Of a stretch of 64,000 nt of DNA, positions 63,894 through 64,000 are shown in pieces (position 1 is the stretch's first letter; every line of letters begins with the position of its first letter). A program made the translations under genes and the position numbers. The stretch lies in the NCBI GenBank assembly GCA_963721455.1, contig CAVRJG010000044.1, positions 93,965 through 157,964 of the forward strand, given 5' to 3'. Below the pieces are notes generated by a model that had not been told where the DNA came from, did not search any database, and saw only the letters and a program-made list of their open reading frames with translations. This DNA comes from an uncultured Methanosarcinaceae archaeon (GTDB lineage Archaea; Halobacteriota; Methanosarcinia; Methanosarcinales; Methanosarcinaceae).

Positions 63894-64000
63894 GTTGTCC
63901 CCTCCGTGTTCGGGTCGCACAATGCGCCCAACCGAAACTGGAGGAAACCGCACCATGACCTCGCGCTGGGAGTCATCCGCACCGATCCGCTATCCGGACA

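Overview
Positions 1 to ~60,646 look like a Methanosarcina-type archaeal chromosome segment, judged from gene content, moderate GC and AT-rich spacers. It carries purC, purL, purH, metG, nikR, an F390 synthetase, a GH57/GH57/V4R/GH15 alpha-glucan cluster, the HMG-CoA synthase-thiolase-DUF35 cluster, dinB, nth and a Ni/Co ECF transporter. The accessory features are: (1) an Apaf-1/NLR-like gene (NB-ARC, helical domain, ~15 WD40; ~1,329 aa reconstructed) split by a 277-bp MITE with 20-bp TIRs and a 6-bp TSD, plus a +1 frameshift; (2) two IS6-family remnants in direct orientation around two small ORFs; (3) a small family of GGCAGTGT-ended miniature elements; (4) a multi-hairpin REP-like element upstream of purL; (5) an ORF-less group II intron (59672-60420) whose EBS1 pairs with, and which sits inside, the apparent terminal inverted repeat of a second MITE. 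At ~60,646 the sequence switches abruptly to high-GC, frameshift-rich bacterial DNA (cysW, cysA, Rrf2, cyclophilin, TPR, LLM oxidoreductase), with a second junction near 63,570; this tail is most likely a chimeric assembly artefact. All calls come from reading motifs by eye; no database searches were run.
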